Source of the DNA: Candidatus Woesearchaeota archaeon
GTDB taxonomy: Archaea > Nanobdellota > Nanobdellia > Pacearchaeales > GW2011-AR1
NCBI GenBank assembly: GCA_964579805.1
Contig: CAZOGX010000001.1
Location: forward strand, 1 to 24,723
Reading direction: 5' to 3'
DNA length: 24,723 nt
Positions 24,570-24,723 of this stretch are shown here, one piece after another; position 1 is the first letter of the stretch, and each line of letters opens with the position of its first letter. The notes beneath the pieces were generated by a model. The model was not told the DNA's origin. It was given only the letters and a program-made list of their open reading frames with translations, and ran no database searches. The position numbers were made by a program, and so were the translations under genes.

Positions 24570-24644
24570 CGTCCCCGGGAGGACTTGAACCTCCGACCCC
24601 ACGGTTAACAGCCGTGTGCTCTAACCGGGCTGAGCTACGAGGAC
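24570..24644 (-). tRNA. tRNA-Asn(GTT), no intron, CCA not encoded
   Basis: GTCCTCG TA GCTC AGCCCGGTTA GAGC A CACGG CTGTTAA CCGTG GGGTC GGAGG TTCAAGT CCTCC CGGGGAC G forms a full cloverleaf with discriminator G73. Confidence 0.96.
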
Positions 24645-24723
24645 TTATTGACAGGAATTTTGATACTTATTTAAAGATTCCTATCTGCCTGTTTTTTTGC
24701 TTATTTTTTATAACTCTTGTTTA

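Noticed and set aside
397-24588. Short ORF-track ORFs nested in or antisense to the called genes (e.g. 397-645, 3052-3237, 4176-4494, 5532-5795, 6614-7034, 14473-15149, 16685-16951, 17508-17840, 18682-18984, 20108-20740, 21684-21887, 23153-23389, 23993-24199, 24397-24588)
   Set aside because: They are shadows of well-supported genes, with no motifs or promoter at the -29 position and the Phe/Ser/Leu-rich composition typical of antisense frames.
24564-24644. tRNA-Asn (and tRNA-Arg at 2465-2537) as integration sites for an island
   Set aside because: No duplicated tRNA 3' end, integrase or transposase was seen in the window, and the genes between the tRNAs are mostly core housekeeping.
1-24723. 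CRISPR array, tandem repeats, IS elements, rRNA, tRNA introns
   Set aside because: No regularly spaced repeats, terminal inverted repeats, transposase motifs or rRNA-like segments were seen. Intergenic gaps are nearly all under about 140 bp and are explained by promoters or terminators.

Overview
AT-rich, very compact archaeal chromosomal segment. It carries archaea-specific GatD and GatE, archaeal-type ProRS and AspRS, deoxyhypusine synthase, an FtsZ2-like protein and TATA promoters. Gene content and style suggest a DPANN lineage such as Pacearchaeota or Woesearchaeota (inference). It holds about 25 protein genes and two intron-less tRNAs, Arg(TCG) and Asn(GTT); no CRISPR array, rRNA or mobile element was seen. 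The most notable signals are: (1) a bacterial ECF-type sigma-70 gene under an archaeal promoter, whose sigma-2 and sigma-4 halves are in frame but separated by one TGA (the ORF track shows only the first half); (2) other bacterial-type genes (PlsB/PlsC-like acyltransferase, MnmA, GalE, NrnA-like); (3) a TATA-like octamer starting exactly 29 nt before the start codon of 15 genes, which corrects several starts and exposes an early in-frame TAA in the acyltransferase; (4) a ProRS missing about 6 active-site residues, a GatE missing its AspRS-like insertion domain, and a frameshifted MazG-like gene. The four lesions could be biology or assembly error, and this cannot be decided without reads. All family assignments come from motif recognition; no database searches were run.
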